DNA of 64,000 bases from an uncultured cyanobacterium (lineage in GTDB: Bacteria > Cyanobacteriota > Cyanobacteriia > PCC-6307 > Cyanobiaceae). Each line of letters starts with the position of its first letter. Positions within the stretch are counted from its first letter, which is position 1. The notes under the pieces are model-generated. The model saw nothing but the letters and a program-made list of their open reading frames with translations. It was not told the origin of the DNA and searched no databases. Of this stretch, positions 29,106-40,335 are shown piece by piece. The stretch lies in NCBI GenBank assembly GCA_963765575.1, contig CAVXWZ010000008.1:192001-256000 (forward strand). Direction: 5' to 3'. The position numbers and the translations under genes were made by a program.

Positions 29106-32100
29106 GTGGCCTTCGTTCCCCTCCACAACCACAGCGACTACAGCCTTCTCGATGGCGCCAGTCAGCTGCCGGCGATGGTGGAGCGGGCCGTGGCCCTGGG
29201 CATGCCGGCCCTGGCCCTTACCGACCACGGCGTCATGTATGGCGCCATTGAGCTGCTGAAGCTCTGCCAGCAAGCGGGCATCAAGCCGATCATCGGCAAT
29301 GAGATGTATGTCATCAATGGCTCGCTTGATGATCCCAATCCGCCCAAGAAGGAGCGCCGTTATCACCTGGTGGTGCTGGCCAAGAATGCGGTGGGGTATC
29401 GCAATCTGGTGAAACTCACCAGCATCAGCCACCTGCGGGGCATGCGCGGCCGGGGCATCTTCTCGAGGGCCTGTGTCGACAAGGCCACCCTGCGCCAATA
29501 CAGCGAGGGTTTGATCGTGGCCACCGCCTGCCTGGGGGGTGAGATTCCCCAGGCGATCCTGCGCGAGCGGCCCGATGCGGCCCGCACTGTGGCGCGCTGG
29601 TATCAGGAGGTGTTCGGCGACGATTTCTACCTGGAGATCCAGGACCACGGCGGCATCGAAGACCGCATCGTCAATACCGAGATCGCCCGCATCGGTGCGG
29701 AGCTCGGCATCGAACTGGTGGCCACCAACGATGCCCACTACCTCAGCGTGGGCGATGTGGAGGCCCATGACGCCCTGCTGTGCGTGCTCACCGGCAAGCT
29801 GATCAGTGATGAGAAGCGCCTGCGGTACACCGGCACCGAATACATCAAGAGCGAAGCCCAGATGCTGCAGCTCTTCGGCGATCATCTGCCGGCCGAGCTG
29901 ATTGAGCGGGCCGTGGCCAACACGGCACGGGTGGCCGACAAGGTGGAGCCCTACGACATCCTGGGTCGCTACCAGATGCCGCGCTTCCCGATCCCCGAGG
30001 GGCACACTCCGGTGAGCTATCTGCGCGAGGTGAGTGAGCAGGGACTGCGCCGCCGCCTCGACCTGGACGAAGCCGAGGTCATGGCGGATGGCTATGGGGA
30101 GCGGCTCGCCTACGAGCTGCAGGTGATGGAGCAGATGGGTTTCCCCACCTACTTCCTGGTGGTGTGGGACTACATCCGCTACGCCCGCGAGAACGGCATC
30201 CCGGTGGGCCCCGGCCGCGGTTCTGCCGCCGGATCGCTGGTGGCTTATGCCCTCGGCATCACCAACCTCGATCCGGTGGTGCACGGCTTGCTGTTCGAAC
30301 GCTTTCTCAATCCTGAGCGCAAGTCGATGCCTGACATTGACACCGATTTCTGCATTGAAAGGCGCGGTGAGGTGATCGACTACGTCACCCAACGCTATGG
30401 CGAGGACAAGGTGGCCCAGATCATCACCTTCAACCGCATGACCTCCAAGGCGGTGCTCAAGGATGTGGCCCGTGTGCTGGATATTCCCTACGGCGAGGCC
30501 GATCGTCTGGCCAAGCTGATTCCTGTGGTGCGGGGCAAGCCAGCCAAGCTCAAGGAGATGATCGGCGCGGAGTCGCCAGCGCCGGAATTCCGGCAGAAAT
30601 ACGAGAACGAGTCCCATGTGCGCCACTGGGTGGATCTGGCCATGCGCATCGAGGGCACCAACAAGACCTTCGGTGTTCATGCCGCCGGCGTGGTGATCGC
30701 CGCCGAGCCCCTCGACGAGCTGGTGCCCCTGCAGCGCAACAACGACGGCCAGGTGATCACCCAGTACTTCATGGAAGACGTGGAGTCAATGGGCCTGCTG
30801 AAGATGGACTTCCTGGGGCTGAAAAATCTCACCATGATCGACAAGACGATCGATCTGGTGAAGCAGAGCAGCGGCATCGAGGTGGACCCCGACAAGCTTC
30901 CTCTCGATGATCCGGACACCTACGGCCTGTTGGCCCGCGGTGATCTGGAGGGCATCTTCCAGCTGGAGTCGAGCGGCATGCGGCAGATCGTCCGCGATCT
31001 CAAGCCCTCGTCCCTGGAGGACATCTCCTCGGTGCTGGCCCTGTATCGTCCCGGCCCGTTGGATGCGGGTCTGATCCCCAAATTCATCAACCGCAAGCAT
31101 GGCCGTGAGGCCATCGATGTGGCCCACGTGAAGCTCGAGCCGATCCTGCGCGAGACCTACGGGATCATGGTGTATCAAGAGCAGATCATGAAGATCGCCC
31201 AGGATCTCGCCGGCTACTCCCTTGGTGAAGCCGATCTTCTGCGGCGGGCGATGGGCAAGAAGAAGAAGAGCGAAATGGAGAAGCACCAGGGACTCTTCGT
31301 CCAGGGTGCCAGCGAGCGGGGGGTGGATCCCAGGATTGCCGAGGCCCTGTTTGAGCAGATGGTGCTGTTCGCCGAGTACTGCTTCAACAAGAGCCACTCC
31401 ACCGCCTATGGCGCGGTGACCTACCAGACGGCCTACCTCAAGGCCCACTACCCAGTGGCCTACATGGCGTCTCTGCTCACGGTGAACGCGGGCGATTCGG
31501 CCAAGGTGCAGCGCTACATCGCCAATTGCAGTGCCATGGGCATCGAGGTGATGGCCCCGGATGTCAATGCCTCCGGCATCGACTTCACCCCCGTGGGCGA
31601 TCGCATCCTCTTCGGCCTTTCAGCGGTGCGCAACCTCGGTGATGGCGCCATCCGCCAGCTGATCGAGATCCGCAGTGCCGAGGGGCCGTTCCGCTCGCTG
31701 GCCGACCTCTGCGATCGCATCCCCGGCCAGCAGCTCAACCGCCGGGCCCTGGAGGCCCTGATCCACTCCGGCGCCCTCGACTCCCTGGAGGCCAGGGCCA
31801 ACCGGGCCCAGCTGATGGCCGACCTCGATTTGGTGCTGGATTGGGCCACCTCCCGCGCCCGGGATCGGGCCAGCGGCCAGGGCAACCTCTTCGATCTGCT
31901 CGGCGGCGCTGATACCGCCGCCAGCGATGGTGCCGCTGATGCCGCCGCAGGCGATCTCAGCACCGCGCCCAAGGCGGCGCCGGTGGCTGACTACCCCCCC
32001 ACCGAGAAGCTGCGGCTGGAGAAGGAGCTGGTGGGGTTCTATCTCTCCGACCATCCCCTCAAGCAGCTGGCGGGCCGGGTGAAACTGCTCTCACCGGTGG

Positions 32101-32648
32101 CCCTGGGCAACCTCGAGGAGCTGGCCGACAAGGCCAGGGTCAGTGCGGTGGCGATGGTGCCGGAGATCCGCCAGGTCACCACCCGCAAGGGCGACCGCAT
32201 GGCGGTGCTGCAGCTGGAGGATCTCACCGGCAGCTGCGAGGCGGTGGTGTTCCCGCGCACCTACGCCCGCCTGGCGGACCATCTGATGGTGGATGCTCGC
32301 CTGCTGGTGTGGGCTTCGGTGGACCGGCGGGATGACCGGGTGCAGCTGATCGTGGACGACTGCCGCCAGGTGGACGACCTGCAGCTGCTGATGGTGGAGC
32401 TTCCGGCGGACCAGGCGGCCGACATCGCCGTGCAGCACCGGCTGCGGGAATGCCTGCAGAGCCATCGTCCCCCCCAGGACGAGGGTGGCGTGCGGGTGCC
32501 GGTGGTGGCCCTGGTGCGCCAGGGGGATCAGACCCGCTGCGTGCGCCTCGGCCCCCAGTTCTGTGTGGCCAATCCGGCGGCCGCCCTCTCCACCCTCAGC
32601 GCGGCGGCGTTTGCCGCCCGGGTGAGCGCTCCGCTCTCAGCGGTCTGA
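29106..32648 (+). CDS. dnaE: DNA polymerase III alpha subunit (single, intein-free gene)
   Basis: PHP motif [37 protein letters not shown] and [12 protein letters not shown] at 29106. Confidence 0.97.
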   Translation: MAFVPLHNHSDYSLLDGASQLPAMVERAVALGMPALALTDHGVMYGAIELLKLCQQAGIKPIIGNEMYVINGSLDDPNPPKKERRYHLVVLAKNAVGYRNLVKLTSISHLRGMRGRGIFSRACVDKATLRQYSEGLIVATACLGGEIPQAILRERPDAARTVARWYQEVFGDDFYLEIQDHGGIEDRIVNTEIARIGAELGIELVATNDAHYLSVGDVEAHDALLCVLTGKLISDEKRLRYTGTEYIKSEAQMLQLFGDHLPAELIERAVANTARVADKVEPYDILGRYQMPRFPIPEGHTPVSYLREVSEQGLRRRLDLDEAEVMADGYGERLAYELQVMEQMGFPTYFLVVWDYIRYARENGIPVGPGRGSAAGSLVAYALGITNLDPVVHGLLFERFLNPERKSMPDIDTDFCIERRGEVIDYVTQRYGEDKVAQIITFNRMTSKAVLKDVARVLDIPYGEADRLAKLIPVVRGKPAKLKEMIGAESPAPEFRQKYENESHVRHWVDLAMRIEGTNKTFGVHAAGVVIAAEPLDELVPLQRNNDGQVITQYFMEDVESMGLLKMDFLGLKNLTMIDKTIDLVKQSSGIEVDPDKLPLDDPDTYGLLARGDLEGIFQLESSGMRQIVRDLKPSSLEDISSVLALYRPGPLDAGLIPKFINRKHGREAIDVAHVKLEPILRETYGIMVYQEQIMKIAQDLAGYSLGEADLLRRAMGKKKKSEMEKHQGLFVQGASERGVDPRIAEALFEQMVLFAEYCFNKSHSTAYGAVTYQTAYLKAHYPVAYMASLLTVNAGDSAKVQRYIANCSAMGIEVMAPDVNASGIDFTPVGDRILFGLSAVRNLGDGAIRQLIEIRSAEGPFRSLADLCDRIPGQQLNRRALEALIHSGALDSLEARANRAQLMADLDLVLDWATSRARDRASGQGNLFDLLGGADTAASDGAADAAAGDLSTAPKAAPVADYPPTEKLRLEKELVGFYLSDHPLKQLAGRVKLLSPVALGNLEELADKARVSAVAMVPEIRQVTTRKGDRMAVLQLEDLTGSCEAVVFPRTYARLADHLMVDARLLVWASVDRRDDRVQLIVDDCRQVDDLQLLMVELPADQAADIAVQHRLRECLQSHRPPQDEGGVRVPVVALVRQGDQTRCVRLGPQFCVANPAAALSTLSAAAFAARVSAPLSAV

Positions 32649-33101
32649 GGATCCTTCAGGGGTGTTGGGGGCGGCAGTTCCTTGGCGCCTGGAGCGCAGC
32701 GAGGATCGGAGACGGCCGAAGTTGAGGCTGATCTGCTCGCTGCCGAGCAGGCTGCCGGGCTGGGTCTCCCAGCTGGCGGAGAGCACGCCGTAGCTGAGGC
32801 CCAGAAGCCCCAGCAGGAAACAGCCTCCCGAAGTCACCAGGGTGGCCCCCGGCGGGATGTCGAGCACCCCTCGGCTCACCAGCACGTAGCTGGCAATGAA
32901 CACCCCCATGCCCATCACGGTGGGGATGCCCGTGGCCACGGCGATGCGGCGGGCCATGCGATTGGCCACGGCCTCAGGGATCACCTGCTGGCGGCTGGCA
33001 GGTTGGGGTTTCGCTGGGGTTGGCCCCTTGCCGCGCTTGCCGTTGCGACCCGGTGGCTTGCCGGATTGCTTGCCTGTGGGCTGGATGCCTTGAGCCGCCA
33101 T
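32637..33101 (-). CDS. PAM68-family photosystem II assembly protein
   Basis: [32 protein letters not shown]; lies next to rpsO. Confidence 0.88.
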   Translation of the reverse strand: MAAQGIQPTGKQSGKPPGRNGKRGKGPTPAKPQPASRQQVIPEAVANRMARRIAVATGIPTVMGMGVFIASYVLVSRGVLDIPPGATLVTSGGCFLLGLLGLSYGVLSASWETQPGSLLGSEQISLNFGRLRSSLRSRRQGTAAPNTPEGSSDR

Positions 33102-33128
33102 GGTGTCCCCTGCTGGCTGGACGGCGCC

Positions 33129-33398
33129 TCAGCCGCGGATTCCGAGCTTGGCGATCAACTGGCTGTAGCGCTCCAGGCTGATGCCCTTGAGATAGCCCAG
33201 CAGACGCTTGCGGCGGCCGATCATCTTCAACAGCCCCTGGCGGGAGGAGAAGTCGTGCTTGTTCTGCTGCAGATGGGTGGTGAGCTGGCTGATGCGTTCG
33301 CTCAGCATCGCCACCTGCACTTCAGCCGATCCGGTGTCGGTGCCGTGGGTCTGGTGACCGTTGATCAGTTCCTGCTTTTTGGTGGTGGTGAGCGGCAT
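33129..33398 (-). CDS. rpsO: 30S ribosomal protein S15
   Basis: [36 protein letters not shown] and LGIR. Confidence 0.98.
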   Translation of the reverse strand: MPLTTTKKQELINGHQTHGTDTGSAEVQVAMLSERISQLTTHLQQNKHDFSSRQGLLKMIGRRKRLLGYLKGISLERYSQLIAKLGIRG

Positions 33399-33534
33399 GG
33401 ATGGGGAAGAAGGCGAACGCGGGAAGAACCGGGGCCCGGTGCAGGAATCCGGCGTGGCAATGACCCACGTTACCGCCCCACCGGCACCATTTCAGGGCCT
33501 GCGGCGATGCTGAATGCCGGCTGCCCGGGGGGCC

Positions 33535-34197
33535 TCAGGCGGCCTGGCAGCTCAGCCAGCGCAGGCATTCGCGGATCCAGTCATCGGCGCTCCAGGCGCT
33601 GTCGCTGGCGGCGGCGGCCTGCTGATGGGCCACAGCCCGCAGCGCCCGGTGAATCTCCAGCACCTCGTAGCCCAGCACCGCCAGCGTCAGCTGCACCTCC
33701 TCGCGGTGGTTGTCGCTGAGCTGGCTCTCCGGGGGAGCCAGGGCGTCGTCGTCCGCAGCGATCCCCAGGGCACCGACGAAGCGCTGCTGCAGCCGGCTGC
33801 GCAGCTCCACCGCCAGCCGTTCCGCCGTGCGTCGTCCCACCCCCGGGGCCTGACAGAGCCGGCGCAGGTCGGTCTGCACGATCGCCTGCACCAGCTCTTC
33901 GCGTTCCAGGCAGCCCAGCAGCCCCAGGGCCATCTGCGGCCCCACGCCACTCACGGCCACCAGCTCGCGGAAGAGGTCCCGCTCGGCCCGCTCGACGAAG
34001 CCGTAGAGGGTCCAGCCGTCGTCGCGCACGGCCTGGTGGATGTGCAGGGCCAGGCCACTGCTCAGGGCCGGCAAGCGCTGCCACAGGCGCTGGTGCACCT
34101 GCACCTCGTAGCCCACGCCCTGGCACAGCAGCAGCAACCCGCAGCGCTTGTCCTGCTGCCAGGGATCGGCCAGTTCTCCTTGCAGCCAGCCGATCAT
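33535..34197 (-). CDS. ruvA: Holliday junction branch migration protein RuvA
   Basis: MIGWLQG, GVGYEV, LYGF....ER.LF..L..VSGVGP and PGVGRRTAERL. Confidence 0.95.
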   Translation of the reverse strand: MIGWLQGELADPWQQDKRCGLLLLCQGVGYEVQVHQRLWQRLPALSSGLALHIHQAVRDDGWTLYGFVERAERDLFRELVAVSGVGPQMALGLLGCLEREELVQAIVQTDLRRLCQAPGVGRRTAERLAVELRSRLQQRFVGALGIAADDDALAPPESQLSDNHREEVQLTLAVLGYEVLEIHRALRAVAHQQAAAASDSAWSADDWIRECLRWLSCQAA

Positions 34198-34218
34198 GGG
34201 AGCACTTGGATTGCGCCC

Positions 34219-34749
34219 ATGGTGCCCGCCCCGCGGTCCCCTGCCCAGCTCCAGCCGCCGGCCCCACCGCGTCTACCCCGGCGCTCCCTCCAACGCTCAC
34301 TCCAGCGCTCCCTGTGGCAGCCCGCCCTGCGCTCGCTGGCCGGGCTGCTGCTGGCTGCGCTGTTGCTGCTGCCCCTGACGGCCTGCAGCGGTTCGTCCCA
34401 GCCGCCCCGCGGGGTGCTGCTGAGTGCCCTGGCGCTGCAGATCCAGATCACCCAGGGCGCCATCGCCCAGGCTCTCGACCTGCAGCTGGACCAGAGCACC
34501 GCGCCCCAGGTGAGCCGGGTGCGCGTGTCCGAGCAGCAGAGCCTGGCCATCGGCGAGGCCAGGGGCCTGCGGCTGGCGGGTCAGTTCGACTGGCGCCTGA
34601 GCGGTGATCCGATCCGGGTCGACAGCCCCTTTGAGCTCTACCTGCAGCGCGGCGAGCGGGGCCAGAGCTGGCGGCTGGCCCGTCCCAGCGGCAGTCCCGA
34701 CGGCAGCACCCAGGAGTGGATCACCTATCCGCTGCCCCTGAAGGGCTGA
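34219..34749 (+). CDS. Hypothetical lipoprotein
   Basis: Hydrophobic signal with lipobox LTAC; C-terminal FELYLQRGERGQSWRLARP. Confidence 0.7.
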   Translation: MVPAPRSPAQLQPPAPPRLPRRSLQRSLQRSLWQPALRSLAGLLLAALLLLPLTACSGSSQPPRGVLLSALALQIQITQGAIAQALDLQLDQSTAPQVSRVRVSEQQSLAIGEARGLRLAGQFDWRLSGDPIRVDSPFELYLQRGERGQSWRLARPSGSPDGSTQEWITYPLPLKG

Positions 34750-35666
34750 GCTGGCAGAGGTGGCTGTGGCTGTGGCGGCGCTGGTCGGCTGCTGAGGCTG
34801 ATCAGGGTGGCGCCCAGCACCAGGGCGGCACCGGCCAGGGTCCAGCCATCCACCACCTCCCCGAAGATCAACCAGCCCCACAGGCCCGCGAAGCCCACCT
34901 GGACGTAGCTGATTGCGGTGGCCTGGGCGGCCGGCAAGCCCACCAGTCCGCGGGTCAGGGCCACTTGACCCAGCTGGGTGAACAGGCCCACCCCCAGCAG
35001 CCAGAGGAGCTCCGATGGGGTGGGCAGCACCGGGTTCAGCAGCACCAGGGGCAGGCTCAGGGGCACCGCCACCAGTGGGAAATAGAACACGATCACCAGG
35101 GGCTGTTCCGTGGTCGCCAGCTTGCGAACGCTGACGTAGGCCACGGCTGTGGCCAGGGCCCCGACCACGGCGATCAGCACGGCCGTGGGCGGCAGCCCCG
35201 CGCCGGTGTTGACCGCTCCGGCGGCGACCAACTGGGCCGGCTGGGCCACCAGCAGCACGCCGGCCCAGCCCAGGCCCATGGCCGCCAGCACGCGCTTGCC
35301 GATCCGCTCCCCCAGCAGCAGCCAGGCCAGCAGGGCTGTGAAGGTGGGATAGAGGTATTGCAGCACGGTGGCGGAGGCCAGCGGCAGCTCGCTCAGGGCG
35401 ATGTAGACGCACAGCAGCGCCACGCTGCCGATGCTGCCGCGCCAGATCAGCAGGCCCCGCCGCTGGCCCCAGGGGCTGATGCCGGCGCGACGCAGCAGCC
35501 ACCAGCTCAGGGCCAGGCTCACCAGGGCGCGGGCCAGCACCACCTCGGCCGCGGGAATGCGGCCGCCCACCTGCTTCACACAGATGCCCATCAGCGAGAA
35601 GCTCAGGGCGCTCAGCAGCATCGAGGCCGCCGGTGGCAGGGAGCGGGGTGCAGCCGACGGCGTCAT
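34725..35666 (-). CDS. DMT/EamA-family transporter
   Basis: About ten TM segments; P.FTALLAWLLLGERI and WLIFGE repeats. Confidence 0.9.
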   Translation of the reverse strand: MTPSAAPRSLPPAASMLLSALSFSLMGICVKQVGGRIPAAEVVLARALVSLALSWWLLRRAGISPWGQRRGLLIWRGSIGSVALLCVYIALSELPLASATVLQYLYPTFTALLAWLLLGERIGKRVLAAMGLGWAGVLLVAQPAQLVAAGAVNTGAGLPPTAVLIAVVGALATAVAYVSVRKLATTEQPLVIVFYFPLVAVPLSLPLVLLNPVLPTPSELLWLLGVGLFTQLGQVALTRGLVGLPAAQATAISYVQVGFAGLWGWLIFGEVVDGWTLAGAALVLGATLISLSSRPAPPQPQPPLPAQPFRGSG

Positions 35667-35823
35667 GGCGGTGGCAGGACAGGCAGGTGCCGGCGACGCA
35701 TGCTGACCGATGGCTCCCGGCTGCTGCAGCGGCGGCGGCCCTGCAGCAGAATTGGCAAGCGTTCCATGGGCTGCCGCGCCCGCTGCGCCTGCGGCTCCGC
35801 ACTCGCCCACAACCCCCCTCACC

Positions 35824-37938
35824 GTGAGCCTGCCGCGCCTCCATCCCCGCACGATCGAGGCCGTCAAGGAGCGCGCCGACATCGTTGATGTGGTGGGCGA
35901 GCACGTGGTGCTCAAGAAGAAGGGCCGGGAGTTCGTGGGGATCTGCCCCTTCCACGACGACAGGTCGCCGTCGATGACGGTGTCGCCCGCCAAACAGTTC
36001 TATTACTGCTTCTCCTGCGGCGCCGGCGGCAACGCCATCAAGTTCCTGATGGAGCTGCAGCGCCAGAGCTTCAGCGATGTGGTGCTGGAGCTGGCACGCA
36101 AGTACCAGCTGCCGGTGGAGACCGTTGATGGTCCCCAGCAGGAGCGGCTGCGCCAGCAGCTGTCGCGCCGGGAGCAGCTGCACCGGGTGCTGGCCCTGGC
36201 TTCAGGCTGGTTTCGCAGCCAGCTGCGCGCCGCTACGGGCCAGGTGGCCCTCACCTATCTGCGCGAGCAACGGCGCCTCAGTGAGAGCACCCTGGAGACC
36301 TTCGAGCTCGGCTACGCCCCCGACCGCTGGGACGGCCTGCTCCAGCACCTGGGCCAGGCCCATGGCCTGGCCCCCGACTGGCTGGAAGCCGCCGGCCTGG
36401 TGGTGCCCCGCAAGGGCGGTGAGGGCTTCTACGACCGCTTCCGCGGCCGGGTGATGGTGCCGATCAAGGACCGCCAGGGACGGGTGGTGGGCTTCGGTGG
36501 CCGCAGCCTCGACGGTGGCGAGCCGAAATACCTCAACTCGCCGGAAACGGAGCTGTTCGAGAAGGGCCAGCACCTGTTTGGCCTCGACCGGGCGGCTCCT
36601 GCCATCCGTAAGGACGACCGGGCGGTGGTGGTGGAGGGCTACTTCGATGTGATCGCCCTGCATGCCGCCGGCATCACCAACGCGGTGGCGTCCCTGGGCA
36701 CGGCCCTCAGCAGCCAGCAGATCACCCAGCTCTGCCGCTGCTGCGACAGCCGCCGGCTGATCCTCAACTTCGACAGCGACGGCGCCGGTGTGCGGGCGGC
36801 CCAGCGGGCCATCGGTGAGGTGGAGCAGCTGGCGCTGCAGGGCCAGCTGGAGCTGCGGGTGCTGCACCTGCCCGCCGGCAAGGATCCCGACGACTTCCTG
36901 CAGGCCCATGGCGCCGGCGATTACCGCGCCCTGCTGGATCAGGCGCCCCAGTGGCTTGACTGGCAGATCGAGCAGGTGCTGGAGGGCAAGGATCTGGCCC
37001 GCTCGGATCAGTTCCAGCAGGCGGTGAGCGCCCTGGTGGCCCTGCTCGGCAAGCTGCCCCAGAGCGCCGTGCGCAGCCACTACCTGCAGCAGGTGGCCGA
37101 GCGGCTCAGCGGCGGCCAGGCGCGGCTGGCGATTCAGCTCGAAGACGACCTGCGTCAGCAGGTGAAGGGCCAGCGCTGGCATGGCCGCTCCCAGAAGTGG
37201 GAGCAGCCCGGTGAAGCGGGGTTGCGGGAGCGCGCCGAGGCCGAGGTGCTGCGGCTCTATCTGCACTGCCCCCGCGAGCGGCCGTTGATCCGCGCCGAGC
37301 TGCGCCGCCATGAGCTGGAGGATTTCGCCCTCTTCCATCACCGTCAGCTGTGGGCGGCCATCAGCGCCATGGAGGAGGACAACCTCGGTGCCGGGCGCCT
37401 GGAGGCCGTCAACCGGGGTCTCGATGCCGGGCTGGATCTGGCCGATCTCGATCTGCCCCGGCTGCTGGGCGACCAGCTGGTGGTGGAGGAGAGCGCCCTG
37501 CTGGCACGGCTCACGCCCCTGATTCAGCCCAGCGAACTGCAGCAGCTCCACCTTTCCCAGCCCCAGCTGCAGTTGCGTGGGGCCCTGGCGGCCCTGGAGC
37601 GCCAGCGCAGCCTCAAGCGCTGCCGGCATTTGCTTGATGCCTGGGGCAGCCAGCGCCTGGAGACCCTGGAGCGCTGCATCGCCAAGCTGCTGCAGGCTGA
37701 CACCGGGCCAGCTCCGGAGCCCCAGGGGCCGTCTGCGCAGTCGCAGGGGCTGGTGCCGATCAGTGAGTTGGTGCCGATCAGCAACATGGAGAGCCGGCTG
37801 GAGGAGTTGTTCGCCGACCTCAACCGAGACGCCCTGCGCTTCCAGGAGCTCTATTACAACGAGCGCCGCTATCTTGAAGATCTTGATAATCGGCGGCGGG
37901 CCGGCTACCCCAACCGGGGAGACGAGCAGGTGGCCTAG
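35824..37938 (+). CDS. dnaG: DNA primase
   Basis: Zn ribbon CPFH..CFSC, YDRFRGR, GFGGR, KYLNSPET, VVEGYFDV, FDSDGAG and KDPD. Confidence 0.97.
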   Translation: MSLPRLHPRTIEAVKERADIVDVVGEHVVLKKKGREFVGICPFHDDRSPSMTVSPAKQFYYCFSCGAGGNAIKFLMELQRQSFSDVVLELARKYQLPVETVDGPQQERLRQQLSRREQLHRVLALASGWFRSQLRAATGQVALTYLREQRRLSESTLETFELGYAPDRWDGLLQHLGQAHGLAPDWLEAAGLVVPRKGGEGFYDRFRGRVMVPIKDRQGRVVGFGGRSLDGGEPKYLNSPETELFEKGQHLFGLDRAAPAIRKDDRAVVVEGYFDVIALHAAGITNAVASLGTALSSQQITQLCRCCDSRRLILNFDSDGAGVRAAQRAIGEVEQLALQGQLELRVLHLPAGKDPDDFLQAHGAGDYRALLDQAPQWLDWQIEQVLEGKDLARSDQFQQAVSALVALLGKLPQSAVRSHYLQQVAERLSGGQARLAIQLEDDLRQQVKGQRWHGRSQKWEQPGEAGLRERAEAEVLRLYLHCPRERPLIRAELRRHELEDFALFHHRQLWAAISAMEEDNLGAGRLEAVNRGLDAGLDLADLDLPRLLGDQLVVEESALLARLTPLIQPSELQQLHLSQPQLQLRGALAALERQRSLKRCRHLLDAWGSQRLETLERCIAKLLQADTGPAPEPQGPSAQSQGLVPISELVPISNMESRLEELFADLNRDALRFQELYYNERRYLEDLDNRRRAGYPNRGDEQVA

Positions 37939-38053
37939 GCGCCTGTCAGACCATTGCTGCACCTCAGGTCGTCGCCCCTGACACGCTGAACTGCCGCTGC
38001 CAACGCCGCCCCCTCACGATCCCATCGGCCTGGGTCTCATCTGGACGTTGCGC

Positions 38054-38185
38054 TCAGGAGCTGCCCTGGCCGCTGAGTTGGGTGTGGCTGCCGTCGCAGT
38101 AGGGGGTGTTCTGGCTGTTGTCGCAGGTGTCGAGCGCATCGCTGCCGGCTTCCAGCTCGAGGGCCAGGGGAGTGGATTGGGTCAT
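38054..38185 (-). CDS. 43-aa CDGSH iron-sulfur mini-protein (first Cys replaced by Asp)
   Basis: Hand translation: MTQSTPLALELEAGSDALDTCDNSQNTPYCDGSHTQLSGQGSS*; shorter than any ORF in the supplied track. Confidence 0.65.
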   Translation of the reverse strand: MTQSTPLALELEAGSDALDTCDNSQNTPYCDGSHTQLSGQGSS

Positions 38186-38614
38186 GGGGGGGTAAGAACG
38201 CACCAACACGTTGGCTTGTTTCCAGGGGGCCACGATCCATCCAGCACGGGCTCATCACACGACCCAGGAGCAAACCAACGATCCAGCGGAATGGGCTCTG
38301 GCAATGAGGCAGGCCCCTGGACGGTGCCGATTCCGCGGCAGCTCGTGATGGCTGTTGTGGTGGCCCGCAGGCTGTAGGCGCAGGCGCCAACAAAGGTGGG
38401 AGTGCCTCACCGATGCCGGCGTTGCCCTGATTCCGGTGCTGGAAGGATTGCACGCCTGGAGACAGGCCGAGCAGGAGGACCTGGGATGCGGCACTGAACT
38501 CTGAGCGTGGTGTGTCTGTGGTGAGCGCCGGCGGCATCGTTTTCAAGCGCCTTGCCAGGTGAAGCCATCGGCGGCTTGGATTCGTGCCACCATTGCGTTC
38601 GTGGAATCTCGTCA

Positions 38615-38938
38615 ATGCCGACAATCTTTGCTGGAATGATTTCGACTGGGCTCAGTCTGGCGGCGGCGATGGCCCTGGTGCTCCCCCAGTCCTCCCAGGC
38701 CCAATCATTGAAAGACAGGGTGGTTCATAATCAATGCACGGTCAAGCTGACCAAAGAGATGGCCAGCAAGGGAATCGCCAACCCACCGCAACCCTTCATC
38801 AACAACGTCTGCGACTGTGTGGTTATCAATATGAATGCGGGTGACACGATCGAGCAGTCCAAGCAAACCTGCAAAGCCGAGGTCAAGGCCAAGATGGAGG
38901 GCGAGATGAAGCCCAAGACGACCACCCCCCAGCCCTGA
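38615..38938 (+). CDS. Secreted 4-Cys hypothetical protein
   Basis: Signal peptide ending SQA; C...CDC...C pattern; less GC-biased composition. Confidence 0.7.
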   Translation: MPTIFAGMISTGLSLAAAMALVLPQSSQAQSLKDRVVHNQCTVKLTKEMASKGIANPPQPFINNVCDCVVINMNAGDTIEQSKQTCKAEVKAKMEGEMKPKTTTPQP

Positions 38939-38976
38939 CCAGGCGCTCGCTGGCCAGCAGCCGTAACCATCCTGAT

Positions 38977-39296
38977 GTGCGCTCTTTACTGCGCCTGGTG
39001 ATCGGGGAGTCGGAGCGATTCCCCGCCCTGGCCATGGTCTTGGTGGAGCAACTGCAGCGCTCCGGTATGGCTCCATGCGTGCGCCGGTTCAGCGCCGGCT
39101 CCGCTGGGGTCGCCGAGATCCGCGCCCGGGGGTGTTCATGGGCGCGCTCATGCACGGGATCCTGATGGCAGCGGTGGTGCCTGGCCACGATCTGGCGCCA
39201 GGGGACCGGGATCGCTTCGCCGCCATGCCCGTCCACCTGGTGCGTGCGGCGGCGGCGGATTCGGGCTGCCGCCCCCACCCACCAGACAGCGGCTGA
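38977..39296 (+). pseudogene. C-terminal remnant of a TetR/AcrR-family regulator
   Basis: LLRLVIGESERFPALA...EIRAR, then a frameshift near 39130 to VFMGALMHGILM...DRDRF; no HTH domain. Confidence 0.55.
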
Positions 39297-40335
39297 CAAA
39301 CGGGGAGGTCATCGCCCGCAGCAGGGCGCTGTAGTTGAGGCTGAAACGCTGCTCCTGGCCCACCACCAGCGGCTCGCCGCAGCTTTCCACCACCAGGTGA
39401 TCGCTGGACGATCCCACCAGGGCTAGCCCCGCTGGGGGGCCCAGGCCGCCAGGATCGGTGTCCTGTTCCCCGAGGGCCAGCAGGGCCCGCTGGCGGACCC
39501 CCCGCTCAGGGCCGATGGCGGTTTCGGCAAAGCTGGTGAGGCCGCGCTCGCCCCAGGGTCGGGTGGGTTTGGGCTTGGCCTCGATGACTTCGGCCACCAG
39601 GGTGAAGGCATCGGTGAACAGGCCCGGCAGGGCCGTGCGGCCCAGGGGCTCGCGGCCCAGCAGCAGCGCTTCCCCCAGCCGCAGGTGGTTGATGCGCTGG
39701 GGCACCCCGCCCGCCGCCAGCCAGGGGAGGTTGGCGGAATTCCCGCCCGACACGATCGCCAGCTCGATGCCGAAGCGACCCTCCAGGGCGGTGGCCAGAT
39801 CCGAGAGCTCCGCCATGTTGGTGGCATCCGGTTTGACGCCGTGCTGGCAGCCGAGATTGGCGCCGATCCCCATCAACTCCAGGGAGGGCAGGCCCAGGGT
39901 GAGCGCCGCCACCGCTTCCAGATCCGCCGCCAGGATGCCCTCACGCAGGTCCCCCAACTCCACCATCAGCACCACGCCGTGGCGAAGGCCCTGGTGGGCA
40001 GCTGCCGCCGCCAGGGCTTCGAGCAGCAGCGGTTCGCTGTTGCAGCTGATCGCGGCGCCGGCCACCACCCGATCCACCTGGCTGAGCATCGGCGTGCGGA
40101 TCAACAGCTTCGGCACGGCCACGCCGGCCTGGGCGAGCGCATCAAGCGTCTCGATGCGGGAGTCGCCGATCGAACCCACCCCCGCCGCCACCCAGGTGTG
40201 CGCGATCGCCGGCAGGCCGAGCACCGCCTTGCTCACGCCGCTGATGGCGATGCCCTGCCGCCCCAGCTGCTCCACCAGGGTGCGGGCGTTGTGGTGCAGG
40301 CGGTCGAGATCGATCTCGAGCCGCGGGGCGCTCAC
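39148..40335 (-). CDS. PLP-dependent alanine/ornithine racemase-family enzyme
   Basis: PRLEIDL..L.HN, GVSK (PLP Lys), GDSRIE, MVELGDLREG, SGGNSA, LRLGE, SSDHL and YSALLRAMTSPFV. Confidence 0.88.
   Translation of the reverse strand: MSAPRLEIDLDRLHHNARTLVEQLGRQGIAISGVSKAVLGLPAIAHTWVAAGVGSIGDSRIETLDALAQAGVAVPKLLIRTPMLSQVDRVVAGAAISCNSEPLLLEALAAAAAHQGLRHGVVLMVELGDLREGILAADLEAVAALTLGLPSLELMGIGANLGCQHGVKPDATNMAELSDLATALEGRFGIELAIVSGGNSANLPWLAAGGVPQRINHLRLGEALLLGREPLGRTALPGLFTDAFTLVAEVIEAKPKPTRPWGERGLTSFAETAIGPERGVRQRALLALGEQDTDPGGLGPPAGLALVGSSSDHLVVESCGEPLVVGQEQRFSLNYSALLRAMTSPFVSRCLVGGGGSPNPPPPHAPGGRAWRRSDPGPLAPDRGQAPPLPSGSRA

Noticed and set aside
27333..30680. Very long antisense ORFs (1115 aa here; also 10043-11860, 53717-55828, 34297-36183 and others)
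   Set aside because: These are shadow frames opposite well-supported genes, expected in high-GC DNA; they carry no motifs.
31371..31400. Split intein in dnaE
   Set aside because: The usual cyanobacterial insertion site reads contiguously AEY-CFNKSH; there is no intein and the gene is a single ORF.
38255..38540. Possible gene or remnant upstream of the CDGSH ORF
   Set aside because: No frame gives a convincing protein or motif; it may be a decayed gene but I cannot name it.
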